A DNA stretch of 64,000 nucleotides, taken from positions 8,322,004-8,386,003 of the forward strand of contig NC_083402.1 of the NCBI RefSeq assembly GCF_020745735.1, given 5' to 3'. The notes beneath the pieces were generated by a model. It did not search any database and was not told the DNA's origin. It saw only the letters and a program-made list of their open reading frames with translations. The number at the start of each line of letters is the position of its first letter. Within the stretch, counting starts at the first letter, position 1. Below are positions 13,090 through 25,534 of the stretch, one piece after another. The position numbers and the translations under genes were made by a program. This stretch comes from Hemiscyllium ocellatum. Lineage: Eukaryota.

Positions 13090-13440
13090 TGCTCCAATCT
13101 CATCTCTGCAAGTGTAGGAGGTCTGCTTTGTTGATGTTACCTTTGCCAAGTGTGTGCTTATGCGATGCTGCTGTATTGGAGCAGTTGATGAGCAGTTGTT
13201 AAATAATATATTATTTTGTTAAGTATTTTATTAAAGGTAAAGTAATGCCAATTCTTTTTTTTCATTTGTATTTAAATTGTGATGTCAGAATAAATTGAGT
13301 TTTGCTGAAAGGTGAATAGTTTGACCAATGGAATCACATCTCGAGTGCAATGCCTTGAACTTGCATTTAAACAAGAAAGAAATTAGGATCAAAGCTATCT
13401 CCTTGATATGTTTTGAGGTGGTTTGATCTGGTCCATTACA
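13090..13440 (+). mobile_element. LTR-like fragment (3' end)
   Basis: AATAAA then ...TGGTCCATTACA terminus, similar to 1-338. Confidence 0.4.
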
Positions 13441-14189
13441 CTACACTTCGGATCTTCATATTCCCTGCAAGTACTGAAATTCTGTCCTGTCCACTTGAGT
13501 CCAGGTCATACACACAGCTCAAAAAGAGCCTTGTTTCAGCACACGTCCCTCCAGTCTGAAATACAAACACTCGCCGCAGTGAATTGAAAAATGACAAAGA
13601 GCGGTGGATGTTGGAAATCAGAAACAAAAACAGAAATTGCTGGTGAAACCCAGCCCAGCACCTTCTGCAGGTGGGGGACACAGAGTCAGCACATGTTCCA
13701 GGATGGTCTAATCTGGTTAGTGAATACTTTGGAACACACATAGTCACACCAACATCTGACATCTTTTCTCTCACATACAGGGAAAGGACAATGATATTCA
13801 TATACTAGTAAAAGGAATGACAGTCACATGTCTGTTTGAAGTTTCCTGTTTGTGAATGGTTCCCATTTCATATCCTCCCAACCCCTCAGTCACAGCAGCA
13901 CTGTACCTGCAAGACACTGATGGGATGAATAGCCCACTTCATTTCCTGTGTCATATGGTCTTCTTCCTGAACAACTCACTCAGCTCCATCACAACTGGCC
14001 TTCAAGAGCCAGTTTTCAGTTTATTTCAGACTTTCAAAACAAATTATTCCAGGTATCACCGACCTGGAGAAGGAAGACCAAGGATCAGCATTCTGATCAG
14101 CACAAGGATCATCTCAGCAGGTCTTGTGAACAGAGAACCATTGAAAAGGTTTTATGTGGTTTCCTCCTCCCCAAAGACCAGAGCTTAGT

Positions 14190-14294
14190 TTGTGTTGTGT
14201 ATCTGTGTGTGTCTGTGCGTGTCTGCATGTGCGTGTGTGCGTGTGTCTGTGTGTCTGTGTGTATATTGGTGTGTGTATGTGTCTGTGTCTATTT
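14190..14294. repeat. Imperfect (TG)n microsatellite running into an assembly gap
   Basis: Directly visible. Confidence 0.95.
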
Positions 14295-14449
14295 NNNNNN
14301 NNNNNNNNNNNNNNNNNNNNNNNNNNNNNNNNNNNNNNNNNNNNNNNNNNNNNNNNNNNNNNNNNNNNNNNNNNNNNNNNNNNNNNNNNNNNNNNNNNNN
14401 NNNNNNNNNNNNNNNNNNNNNNNNNNNNNNNNNNNNNNNNNNNNNNNNN
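14295..14449. other. Assembly gap (155 N)
   Basis: N run. Confidence 1.
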
Positions 14450-14827
14450 CTACATGTTGTGTGACTCTATCACCATGCTAAATGTGACAGGTTTTAAACA
14501 GATCTAGCAACTCCTGCCTGCACATCCATGAGACACTGTGGGCCATCAGCAGCAGCAACATTGTACTCCAGCACATCTGTAACCTCATAGTCCGGCATCT
14601 CCCTCACTCAGCCATTACCATTAAGCCAGGGGATTATTCCAGGTTCACTGGAGAGTGTAGGAGGGCATGTCACAAGCAGCAACAGCCACACCTAAAACTG
14701 AGGTGTTAGTCTGGAGAAGTGACCATACAGGTGTACTTGTGTACCAAACAGCACAAGCAGCAAATGGTAGACGGAGCTAAGTGATCCCACAACCAATGGG
14801 TTTCCATGAAGGGAGCTGACCAGGCTC

Positions 14828-15022
14828 TTTAAATTATTATCTGAGCAATGGAGAAGGAAATCCACCTTTAAATTATTATCCGAGCATTGGAGATGGAAAT
14901 CCACCTTTAAATTATTATCCGAGCATTGGAGATGGAAACCAACCTTTAAGTTATTATCTGAGCGATGGAGATGGAAATCCACTTTTAAATTATTATCTGA
15001 GCGATGGAGATGGAAATCTTCT
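14828..15022. repeat. 39-bp minisatellite, 5 copies
   Basis: Unit tttaaattattatc(t/c)gagc(a/g)(a/t)tggagatggaaatccacc starting at 14828, 14867, 14906, 14945 and 14984. Confidence 0.95.
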
Positions 15023-16029
15023 CCTCAGTCCCTGACCCTGGATGGATTCTTGGACAATAACCATTTCCGATTCCCTGAATCATCTGGCTGAGTAACTGGC
15101 TCGGCCCGGTCCTTGCTGCTTCGAGCTGTTCACGGCCAGTCTGTCTGCTGCTTCGGTATGGGTCAAGGAAGAGTCCACTTGGGTGTCACACATCTCCAAA
15201 TGACTCCCAGTAGCTGGGCTGCTGTGGGGAACCTGAGGGTCAGGTTCATGCTCTGGGGAGAGGGGTTCAATTTTCACCATGGCAACTTGTAGAATTTACA
15301 TTTAATTATCAAATCTGGAATTGTAAACTCAACTGTGTGATGGTGACCATCTGAATTAACATCAATTGTTGTTTAAAGATAGAAACTGTTTCACTAATGT
15401 CCTGCAGGGAAGCAAATCTACCATCTTGACCCAAGCTGCCCAACAGGTGACTTCAGATTCCCATTTCAAGCCTCAGTGTGTCCTTTTGGAGCGATTGAAT
15501 GCAATGTGTCGGACTCTGACCTGCTGCCCTCTGAAATGGCCAAGCAAGCCTCTCACTTCAAGGGTGTTCAGGGATGGGCAACAAACGCTGGCCTTGCCTG
15601 TGAGACCCACGTGCCTTGCACGGATATGAAAACGACTGAATCTGTTCTCATCATCTTCTCACTCCCTGCACCCTCTAATATTTGTTCCTGCCTTACCTCA
15701 ACTCTCTCCTATCATCCAATATCGTCCCTGCTCCAATCACATCTCTCATGAATGTTTTGGACAGTCTGTGTGGTCCTACCCAGAATGAAACATATGACCA
15801 GAAGAAATTGGGGCAGAGGTAAACCATTCAACCCCTCAAGCCTGCTCCAACATTCAGGAAGATCTTGGCTGATTTGTTTGTGCTTCATATTCCACATTTT
15901 CACCTCGATTCCCCGGATTCACAAGAATCTGTCCATCACTACCTTTAAAAATATTCCATGACCCTACCTCCACGGCTTCCTGAGGCAAAGAATTCCAACA
16001 TCACACAACTGTCCGGGAAAACAGGACAC

Positions 16030-16910
16030 CAACATTGGTGATGGAGTGGACAGTGAAGAAGGTTATCTCAGAGTAAAATGGGAACTTGATCAGTGGAATG
16101 ATGGGCCGAGGAATGGCAGATGGAGTTTAATCGAGACAAATGTGAGGTGTTACATTTTGGAAAGGCAAATCAGAGTAGGACATACACACTTAATGGTTAG
16201 GTTCTGGGGAGTGTTGCCAAGCAAAGAGACTTTAGAGTACAGACTCACAGTTCCCGAATGATGGAGTTGCAAGTAGAGCTGGTTAGTGATGAAGGTATTT
16301 GGTATGCTTGCCATTATTGGGCAGTGCATTAAGTATAGGAGTTGGGATGTCATACTGTGGCTATATAGTGCACTGATTTGGCCAATTTTATCATGCTGCA
16401 TTCAGTTCTGGTCTCCCTGCTATAGGAAGGATGAAGGGAAACTTGAAAGGGTTCAGAAAAGATTTACAAGGTTGTTGTCAGGGTTGAAGGGTTTGAGATT
16501 TCGGAAGAGCCTGAGGAGGCCGGGGCTGTTTTCCCTGGACTGTTCAAAGCTGAGGGGTGACCTGAGAGAAGTTAAAATCATGAAGGGCGTGGATGGAGCT
16601 CCACCATAGTGGAGTTCAAAACTAGAGGGCATAATTTTAAAGTGAGAGGGAAAGATTTAAAAGGGGTAACGTTTTCCCGCAAAGGGCATTGCATGTATGT
16701 GATGAGCTGCCAGAGGAAGTGATGGAGGCTGGTACAATTGCAACATTTAAGAGGCATCTTGACGGGAATATGAACAGGAAAGGTATATCCATAGCAGGAT
16801 ATGGATGAAATGCTGGCAGATGGGACCAGATTAATTTAGGATATCTGGATGGTATAGAAGTGTTGGACTGAAGGGTCTATGGCCATGTTGTACATCTCTA
16901 TGACTCTAAA
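16030..16910 (+). mobile_element. CR1 LINE 3' fragment
   Basis: WQMEFN..KCEVLHFG..; CIQFWSPCYRKD..LERVQKRFTR; (tatgactc) tail. Confidence 0.85.
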
Positions 16911-17339
16911 AACATTTACGATATTATACATTTCAATCAAGTGATCCCTGTTGTGTGTGAATTACCACAAACTTCGTTTAATTTGGATACATATTAAGAA
17001 ATCTTCGAGACAATGAAATATTGAACCATCTTCCCAAAGTTTATTGCATATAGCAATAAAATAGGACTCCTTAAAAAAAACAAGTTAAGCCTCACGATTC
17101 AACTTAGCTAGTCCCTGATTTTTGGTGGAATTTAGTCTACGATTCTAACCAATAGCATCTGTCTCTGGATATCCAAGGTCCAATCCTTTTGCTGAATTGT
17201 TCTCTGGAGTTCTGCTACTGTAAAATTCTGAAGGTGAATTCTTACAGGATTTTACTTCATGTGGAGTTTCTGATGTGACATTATTGAGTATCCGTTAGAT
17301 AATTTCATCCACAAAATCCATGAGTGATCAAGTCTGTAA

Positions 17340-18490
17340 CTTACCTTCTTATCAGGAGTAGCTTCCTTGTTCCTTGATACATTTGGTGTTAACTATCTCC
17401 TGTCTCCAGGAACAACATGTTGATGTTGTGTTGACTCTTTCTTCCTGGGGATGGATAATTATCATGTTGCTTTTAACTCCTTGATAACAGTTCCTGCTTG
17501 TCTCTTTCATCTCAGGACCAGTTTATTCCAGAGAGAGTCATTGTTTATTCGTTCATCCCCTGAATAGTTATTAAAGTTTGAAGGTTACATTCTCACAGCC
17601 CCTCATTATTCTAAACTCCAGGGGAAACAAACCAAACCTGTCCTCCCTCTCCTCATGAGACAACCTGCTTCTCAATCTCAGAAACCCCCTTTGAGCCAGC
17701 ACCAATATCCTTCATTATGTACAGCATTTGAGATATGGTCTCAGAAATACTCTGTATAACTGAAGCAAAACATTTATACTCTGATACCAATTCCTCCTTT
17801 ATTCTAGGATAGAATGCTGTTAACCTCCCTGATGACATGGTGCAAGTAAGGACTGCAGGACTTGATTCTCCTGCTCCTCGGATGCTGCCTGACCTCCTGT
17901 GCTTTTCCAGCATCACTCTCTTGACTCTGATTACAATGGTGCATCTGTTGACTAACCTACCTCCCATCACACCTCAGAATTCTGCAGTCCTACTCATTTA
18001 AATAATTCTCTACTTTTTCCCTGTGTTTAGTGTGTCTGCCCTGCCCAATGTGTACTCTGTGATCAATATAGGCGAATCCAACTCTCCTGTTCAGGCCTTT
18101 AACCAGATTATGGCAACATTATCACATTGTCTGTGACATCTTGCAGTAATGAATTAGTTGACTACCAATATAAAAATAGAGAGCTTCATCTGCTGTAAGG
18201 GGTGAGCGAGTTTGGAAGATTTGTAGCTCAGGCTGAGGACAGAGGACTCCTGTCCAAAGAAATGGTCACAGAGGCAAAGGCAACGGAAGAAGAGATCAAC
18301 ATCATGTCGTGTCTGAACCTCGGTGAGGTGGGAGTGCAAAGTGATTAAAACTGAGACCTTTGCTGAGTACAGAACATTCAGCATCGGAGAAGGGATAGTG
18401 AATGTCCAACAAGAGGTGGAGGGAGGAGAATGGGGAGAGACAAGTGGGACAGTGGGTGGAGGAAGGTTCCAGAGGGGTGGGGGTAACTCT
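17340..18490. repeat. Segmental block Y, inverted paralog of about 34770-36620, lacking the 35020-35930 part
   Basis: 17340-18110 matches the reverse complement of 35930-36620; 18230-18490 matches the reverse complement of 34770-35020. Confidence 0.8.
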
Positions 18491-18544
18491 GAATTGTTGC
18501 AGCTTGTGTTCATGCCTGAAAGGAAGAGAAAAAGTTTCATGTTA

Positions 18545-18835
18545 TCTCAGTACTCCAAATGGGGCCTAACCAGAGCTTTATAAAGTCTCAGTAGCACATC
18601 TCTGCTTTTATATTCCAACCCTCTTGAGATAAGAGAAAACATTGCATTCGCTTTCTTAATCACGGACTCAACCTGCATGTTTACCTTCAGAGAATCCTCG
18701 ACTAGCACTCCCAGATCCCTTTGTACTTTGGCTTTACTAATTTTCTCACCATTTAGAAAGTAGTCTATGCTTTTATTCTTTTTGCCAAAGTGCAAGACTT
18801 CACACTTGCTCACGTTAAATTCCATCAGCCATTTA
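18545..18835 (-). mobile_element. CR1 LINE RT C-terminal fragment
   Basis: WLMEFNVSKCEVLHFGKKN..QRDLGVLV..YKALVRPHLEY. Confidence 0.85.
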
Positions 18836-21800
18836 AATGATTTAAATGGACAATGATTAAAGCATGCTGGGAAATCAAACCCAGCCTTGACTAAAGTGAC
18901 TGTGCTAATCCACACGCTGCAGGATCCAGACAGGCTACAGCTGCTCACAGACGGTTTACAAACAAACCTGACAGCTACAGACCCTGCAATACACACCTGA
19001 AGCTGGACTTGAATGGGTAAATGGAATGTCACCCTGGGGACAATTGGGAGCAGGGAGTCATTCAATAGACATGGAGGTGCCCAGTACCCTTATTTGGAGG
19101 AGGCTACTGGCAGAGATATTCCTGATGAAGGGCTTTTGCCCGAATCGTTGATTTTCCTACTCCTCGGATGCTGCCTGACCTGCTGCACTTTTCCAGCACC
19201 ACTCTGATCTAAACTCTAGTTTCCAGCATCTGCAGGTTTCACTTCTGCCTCATACAATATGTAGACGACCGACTTGTGTAAACAGAAACAAAGGAGGAGC
19301 ACATTCAGCTCCGAGGTGACATACTCAATCTATTACACAGGCTAGGATGCAAAATTAATCTGAAAAAGACACAAATCTACAGCCTAGGGTCACATCCTTG
19401 TGAATGATAATCACCCACAGGAAAAGGGAAATAGACCAAATGCGATTAGAGACCACAGAACGACTCCCACTCCCCCGAGATGGTCTTGCACTTTGATCCT
19501 TCCTTGGGTTCGTGGGATAGTGCAGAAACCACATTGATGGGTTCACCATCAAAGCAGCCCCAGTCTCAGAGTTACTGATAAAGGACGCTGCCTGGAATTG
19601 GACACCTCAACACACAGAGGAGTAACTGAGTTACAACACGCCCTCACAACAGCACCTGCCTGACTAGTTCCCAACCCTGATTTACCATACGTCCTCGAAG
19701 CTGCAGCCACAGACCAGACGATAGCTGCTGTTCCACTGCAAGAGTGACACGGTAGGCAAGGGCCAGGAGCTTATGTCTCCAGGGTCCTACAGCCTGTGGA
19801 GCAAGGGCTTTCCATGTGGGAATGGCACCACCACACAGTCTTTTGGGCAGGCCAATACTTTGACTACATTATTGGTTGAAACCCACTGACCATACTGACT
19901 GAACATACACCAATCCAGCTCCTGCTGGACAGCCCAATCAAAGATGGCTCGGTGAGACAGATTTGAGCCACACAATGGACTCCACTGCTTCAGAGTCGGG
20001 ACATCACGGTCAAACGTACCAAGGTGCCCAGCTTCCTAGCTGATGTCCTGAATTATGGAGGAGACCCACATGACTGCCAAATCACAGCCACAAAACACCC
20101 TACCGGCCCTTTTATGACCCAAACAGCAGGGAAAACGGTTAGGGATGAGACAAGAGAATAACCAAGCAGACACAGCCATCGGAATTTCTGTAGGTGGAGC
20201 CTCCACTGGACAGGATGGCATGTGGATCACCTGCTGTGGGATATACACGACCAACACTCAGGGACAGCTATTGGTTGAAATAGACTGAAAATTACCCAAC
20301 CATCTCAGTGACCAGGCTGTGGAACTAGCAGCTGTGGCTTATGTAGTTAGCCACTCCAACCTGTTCCTCCACCCACAGATATATATTCTCTAACAGCATG
20401 TGTGTGTGCAACAGCCTCACTGAATTCTTACCACTCTGGGAAGCAAAGGTTTAATTTCTGCCAATGGGAAATCACTACCAACAGTCCCCTTTATTTCAGT
20501 ACAGACTGCAGTCTGCCCGTGGAAGGCAATACAGTATAATTAAAGTTAAACACCACCACAAGACATCCCCAGAAGGTAACCACAGAGCAGGTGAATTCTC
20601 CAAAAAAAGGACTCATGTTGGAAATTGTGGCAGCTACCTATAGGTGAGCAGGCCAATGCAGTCATTGTAAGTCAGACTAACGTAGAAGACCTTAGACAAG
20701 AGCAACATCATGATGACCCGTTAAAACAGATTGTGGCAGGGATTTATCCAGATGGCTAAGCTAGGTGGAAAGATTCCCTGCAAGTACATGATGGGTTAGT
20801 TCAAATGCAGGAGTCTATGTAAGTCCTGACTCAGGACAGGAACCACATTATTTACCAATTCCATGATGGCATGGTCACCAGGGAATTGAGGCTGTGACAG
20901 AACACTTGAAGAACTGTGTTGGCACGCACGTCCAGTGGAAGGGCCCTGGACAAACCTCCAAGATGACTCTATAGGTGCCCTGCCTCCATGTGAAAACAGA
21001 TACACCTACATCCATGACATCATCGACACTTTTACAAAACGGATCGATGCATTTCCCATTGGGGCAAACACAGTGAGAACAACAGCCCAGATCCTCACAC
21101 AACAGGTGTTCACGAGATGGGGTTGACCCTGCAGTATCGAGTCAGATCAGGGAACCCCATTACACTAGCCGAGTAATGCAAAATGTGTTGACCATGTTTG
21201 GTATCAAACAGGAATTCCACATCACTTACCACCCCCAATCCAGTGGGATCACAGGCAGAATGAACCACGGACTGAAAGGGATGATGAGGAAAACAGTGCA
21301 ACAGAATAACAAAACCTGGGAGACAGTGCTTCCATTTGTCCTCATGGTGAGGAGATACCACCCACCCCTCAACTGATGACAGGCTGACCCATGAAAGGGG
21401 TTGTCTCCCTGTTCGGACTTGACCTATCAGAGCCTGCCTCACTGACCTCCCCGACAAAAAGCTGGACAGCACCTCACCCACAATAGCAAAGGCACTTAGC
21501 TGGCAGTAGCCATCCAGTTAGGGACGAGAAAGAAACTAAGCAAGGCTTACTTCAATCGCAAAGTTAACCGTATCGAGTACCCCACTGGATAGCAAGTAAT
21601 GCTCCAGGTCTATGAGCCAAGTTCCTTCCTTTCCCCTAAATATTCCAATCCACTTATGGTGGTGGATAAAGCTAGCCCCTCAGTCTATAAGATTCTACTA
21701 GCCATGGGTAAAACTGGCTGGTACCACAGAAACCAGTTAAAAGCCTTTGGCACACAACACAGCCACTCTCACCACCTTAGTATATGGAAGGCAGATGACA

Positions 21801-22480
21801 CAGTTTCAGACCAAATAACAAGACCAAGGACACCCCATAACACATCCTCAGGGCACCCACCCCTGATGGAAATGATACACTTCCATCACTGTCACCAGTA
21901 GCAGATTCCATATCCAAGGGACCCCCGACCAGTTTAAATGACCCAATAGGAGAGTGTGCAACAGATTGGCATCACACATTACCCAGTGACAACACGGAAA
22001 TGTCACAGATTCCCGAGAACCCCCTGACAGATCGGCAAACTGAACATTCCCGACTCAGTATAACTCAGACACTTAACGGTATCTCCGCACCATGGACATG
22101 AGACTCACTCAGAACAGACTCACTCAGACTGTCACGCAGCAGTTCCTGATGACTCCAATAGGGGGAGTGATAGTAAACCAACAGGGAAACCCAGAGCAGG
22201 CGAGCTCAGACTCCCAGACGGTAATTCCAGATGTCTCCAATAGGGGGCATGGCACAGCCCATGTCTGGGAACCGAGAGAATTACAGACTAAACAAAACTG
22301 ACGTAAACTCCCAGGTGGCAATTCCACATTTCTCCAATAGGGGGACGGATAGCACACCAATAGGAGAACAGGGAGGATTTGATACAGACACCCCAGAGAC
22401 AGAGGATTCAGACTCTCTGTTTGGTGTCTCTTTGACAAATGCACTGATTCAATGATCCAAGTGATGAAACAGCTCCTGAC
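18836..22480 (+). mobile_element. Degenerate retrovirus-like pol relic (RT thumb, tether, RNase H, integrase, low-complexity tail); no LTRs or env seen
   Basis: IQYVDD at 19252-19269; SFLGFVG*CRNHIDGF; WNWTPQH; tether AYVSRVL..VFWA..LTILTEHTP; RNase H QAVELAAVAY, NSLTEFLPLW, IIKVK, GNHRA; integrase HGHQG, WTNLQ..IGALPP, IIDTFTK, ESDQG, YHPQSSG; C-terminal SPKY..VVDKASPSVYK..GWYHRNQLK. Confidence 0.85.
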
Positions 22481-23309
22481 AGCCACTCAAGGGAAGATGC
22501 AACTGTTTCTGCTCATCAAAACTGTCATGCAGCTCACACCTCTTCCAGCTTTATTCCTCTGCACGCTGAGGAATTTAACCAAGTTATAATTCTTCAATTT
22601 TCTGCTCATTGGATAGAATCTCCAAGTCAGATTCTTCATGGTACCTTCACTTTCATCTTCATTTCTATGACCCACATTTAAAACTGGTCTCTGTCAGTCA
22701 GGCCAGCTTCATTTTCATTCATATTTCAATGATTGATCTCTTGCAAGCCCCGACACATTCACTCGTCTTTGAAACATTGATCTTCATGACCACTTCGTCT
22801 CAGATTTTGTTTTTCTCCTAACCACATCATGGTCAGCTCATTTAAACAGTCCTAATCTCTACCGCTAGAAACCAAGGTTGGAGCCTAATAATCATCGAAA
22901 CCCAATCTAACATTCCACCTGGGATTCACATTACCATGTTCTGTTTTTGTTTTAAAAAAAAAGTAGGGGAGGGTTAGGTCATATACATCCTGAGCATATC
23001 CATTGTATTGTGTCAAAACAGTTCAGCTATTAAACAAGGATAACAACAGATCTCTCCCCAGGGTAACCACGGACCGCGAGCAAGAGCTATTTCATCACAT
23101 TAAACAATCCAGGATGCACTTATCAATTCATTGCTGCTTTCAGTGGTTGGGATAGTTCATTTGTTTTTATCTGTAAAGTACTTAAACTGACCCATTAAGG
23201 CAAGTACTTGAGAATTCTTTGTTCAGTTAAGTAGATTAGAACAGTGTGGACATCCTGTGGTTACCCCCCTGCTGTGCACTCTGTGTGGTAGGGTACTTGA
23301 AACTGACCC

Positions 23310-23700
23310 TTTAAGGCAAGTCCCCAATGACTCTGCTTCCACCACCACAGCTGGCAATGCATTCCACGTATTCACAACTCTCTGTGTAAAGAACCTGCCT
23401 CTGACGTCTCCTTTACACCTAATGTCTTCAAACTATGACTTCTCGTACCAGTCAATCCTGCCCTGGGGAAGAGTCTCTGGCTATTGCTCTCATTATTTTG
23501 TACACCTTGACCAGGTCTCCTCTCTTCCTCCTTCTCTCCAGAGAGAAAAGTCCGAGCTTATTCAACCTTTATTCATAAGGCAAGCTCTCCAGTCCAGGCA
23601 GCATCCTGGTAAACCTTCTTTGCACCCTCTCCCAACCCTCTGTATCTTTACTATAGCAGGGCGACCAGAACTGGACACAATATTCCAAATGTGGTCTATT
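23310..23700 (-). mobile_element. CR1 LINE 3' fragment
   Basis: ccacatttggaatattgtgtccagttctgg, LERRR-type sequence on the minus strand. Confidence 0.75.
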
Positions 23701-23963
23701 ACATATGGATGGATACTGTTCTGCCTCACTGAGGTAACATGTTGGAAATCAAGTTGCATTATTCCCTGAATTGTCACAAAAGTTAGTTTCTCCTGAGTTT
23801 TAAACTAAAGATGACAGAAGGCACAGACTAGGTTTCGGTTCTTCACAAGGATAAATATTTATCACACATAAATAGACTCTAATTCCACACAAAAATGATG
23901 GACCATTGAGCTATAACAACATTAGTTAAAACTCTAAGATGCTCATGAATCAAGTCCCCTTAA

Positions 23964-24108
23964 NNNNNNNNNNNNNNNNNNNNNNNNNNNNNNNNNNNNN
24001 NNNNNNNNNNNNNNNNNNNNNNNNNNNNNNNNNNNNNNNNNNNNNNNNNNNNNNNNNNNNNNNNNNNNNNNNNNNNNNNNNNNNNNNNNNNNNNNNNNNN
24101 NNNNNNNN
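23964..24108. other. Assembly gap (145 N)
   Basis: N run. Confidence 1.
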
Positions 24109-24843
24109 AACAGTTTCGTCAATCCCTGTTCGCGGGATCTGCTGAGATGATTCTTGTGCTGATCAGAATGCTGCTTCTCCAGATGCTGTCACTGGTTTAC
24201 TAGAGATAGAGTGTGTGGTTTATAAAAGGTCTGACTTACTCATTAAAGGTCAGAACTTACTGCAACTGCTGAAGGAAAAGACAATCAGCTGGTTATCCTC
24301 AGATTTAAAGGAGATTTTCCTGCCGGAACAGAGCTGATGATGAACAGCTCCTCAGAAGGTGGAGGTCAGATGGCTTCTCCCTGTCATGTTCATATCCACA
24401 ACCTGTTCAATTAGCTGGGAACCAATCACATAGTCATTGGTAGCAAGATGGTCTTTGTCATTGATTACTGGTCTTTAGTACAAAGACCAATCAGATACTT
24501 GTTTCTGGCTGAATCGCCAGTTGTACATGGGCATGTCTCCAGTTCGTCTGCACCTTCTTCTGTTGCTGTCTGACCCAGCAGCTGTGTAAACAACAGTTAC
24601 AATGAGTGTCAGGTTACTTGCTTTCAAAAGTGTGCAGTATCCCTTAAACAATCTTTGGTTTTCAACAATTCTGATGCCTTTCAGTCCACAATTAAAAATA
24701 CACTAAGATAAAAAGGCACAATTTTTAAAAAAATTTAAAAAACAATTTTGAAGAATAGTAATGCCAAGTTTTGAGCCGGTAAGTTCCATCACGTTCCTTG
24801 AATTTGATCTGAGAAACAACGCAACCTCAGTTCTTATTCGCTC

Positions 24844-24881
24844 CTAATGTGTCTTCACCACAGCTGCATAGGTTACATCCG
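24844..24881 (-). CDS. Terminal cytoplasmic exon with canonical ITIM
   Basis: tttctgtctctttctag|CG GAT GTA ACC TAT GCA GCT GTG GTG AAG ACA CAT TAG = xDVTYAAVVKTH*. Confidence 0.8.
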
Positions 24882-25403
24882 CTAGAAAGAGACAGAAATC
24901 AGAGCTGATGATAATTATAAATTCAGTTTAAAGGTAAATGCAGGAAAGGGGCATATTTACCCAAATATCAGTCCCATCACTATCAGAGTAGTTACAGGAA
25001 AGGGAAATATTTACTCCATCAGTTGTACATTTTCCCCTCATTCTCTTGATGACGCTCACAAATACATTGGGAGAGACAAGCTTTTTGAGAGACAGTCAAG
25101 TATCATCCAATGGGATAGTGGAGAGACTGTTTGCTTTCTGATTGGTGGAGTAAAGGAACACTCTAATGAAGATGAATAGATTGACGGGCCAATGACAACA
25201 GCATCGTGGTGAGGGAATGGGGCTTTAAGGTCATGTGATTAAATCTCCATAATGGCGCCACCCAAAGTTGGGGTCTCAAATAACAAGGAAATGGATCACC
25301 CAGGCTCAACTAGCACTGTCCCACACATCGGACAATGGGCTTCAGGGATTGGGAAAGGAGAAAGAATTAGGATTAGGATTCGGAAAGGACAAACCTGACT
25401 CAC

Positions 25404-25439
25404 TCTCTTCTGAATCAGCAACCCGGAGAGTTTTGTCAC
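25404..25439 (-). CDS. 36-nt spacer cytoplasmic exon (phase 1-1)
   Basis: ttctctttcatttcaag|GT GAC AAA ACT CTC CGG GTT GCT GAT TCA GAA GAG A|GTGAGT. Confidence 0.78.
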
Positions 25440-25534
25440 CTTGAAATGAAAGAGAATAGTCTGTTAGTGAGGAGGATGTATTTTAAATGTTTAGAAATAC
25501 CACTATGTGGGAAAAAAAGTATGTAGCTGGTTAC

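Noticed and set aside
13440-13570. Exon-like segments here and at about 34100-34240 (minus strand)
   Set aside because: They translate to decayed CR1 RT (SDWREV, NDLD, FADD-like) rather than receptor exons
13948-14507. Cys/Val-rich ORFs
   Set aside because: (TG)n microsatellite plus N gap
14692-14982. ORF with a 13-aa tandem repeat
   Set aside because: By-product of the 39-bp minisatellite
17150-17450. Strong minus-strand donor AAG|GTAAGT at 17345 followed by a 43-codon open segment
   Set aside because: All frames upstream of the donor hit stops within about 50 nt, and the paralog at about 36608 has GC; no exon model could be supported
24480-24600. Minus-strand acceptor followed by GACAGCAACAGA, similar to the Tyr-exon end
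   Set aside because: Lies 3' of the terminal exon, has no matching donor or Tyr motif, and the similarity is only 12 nt
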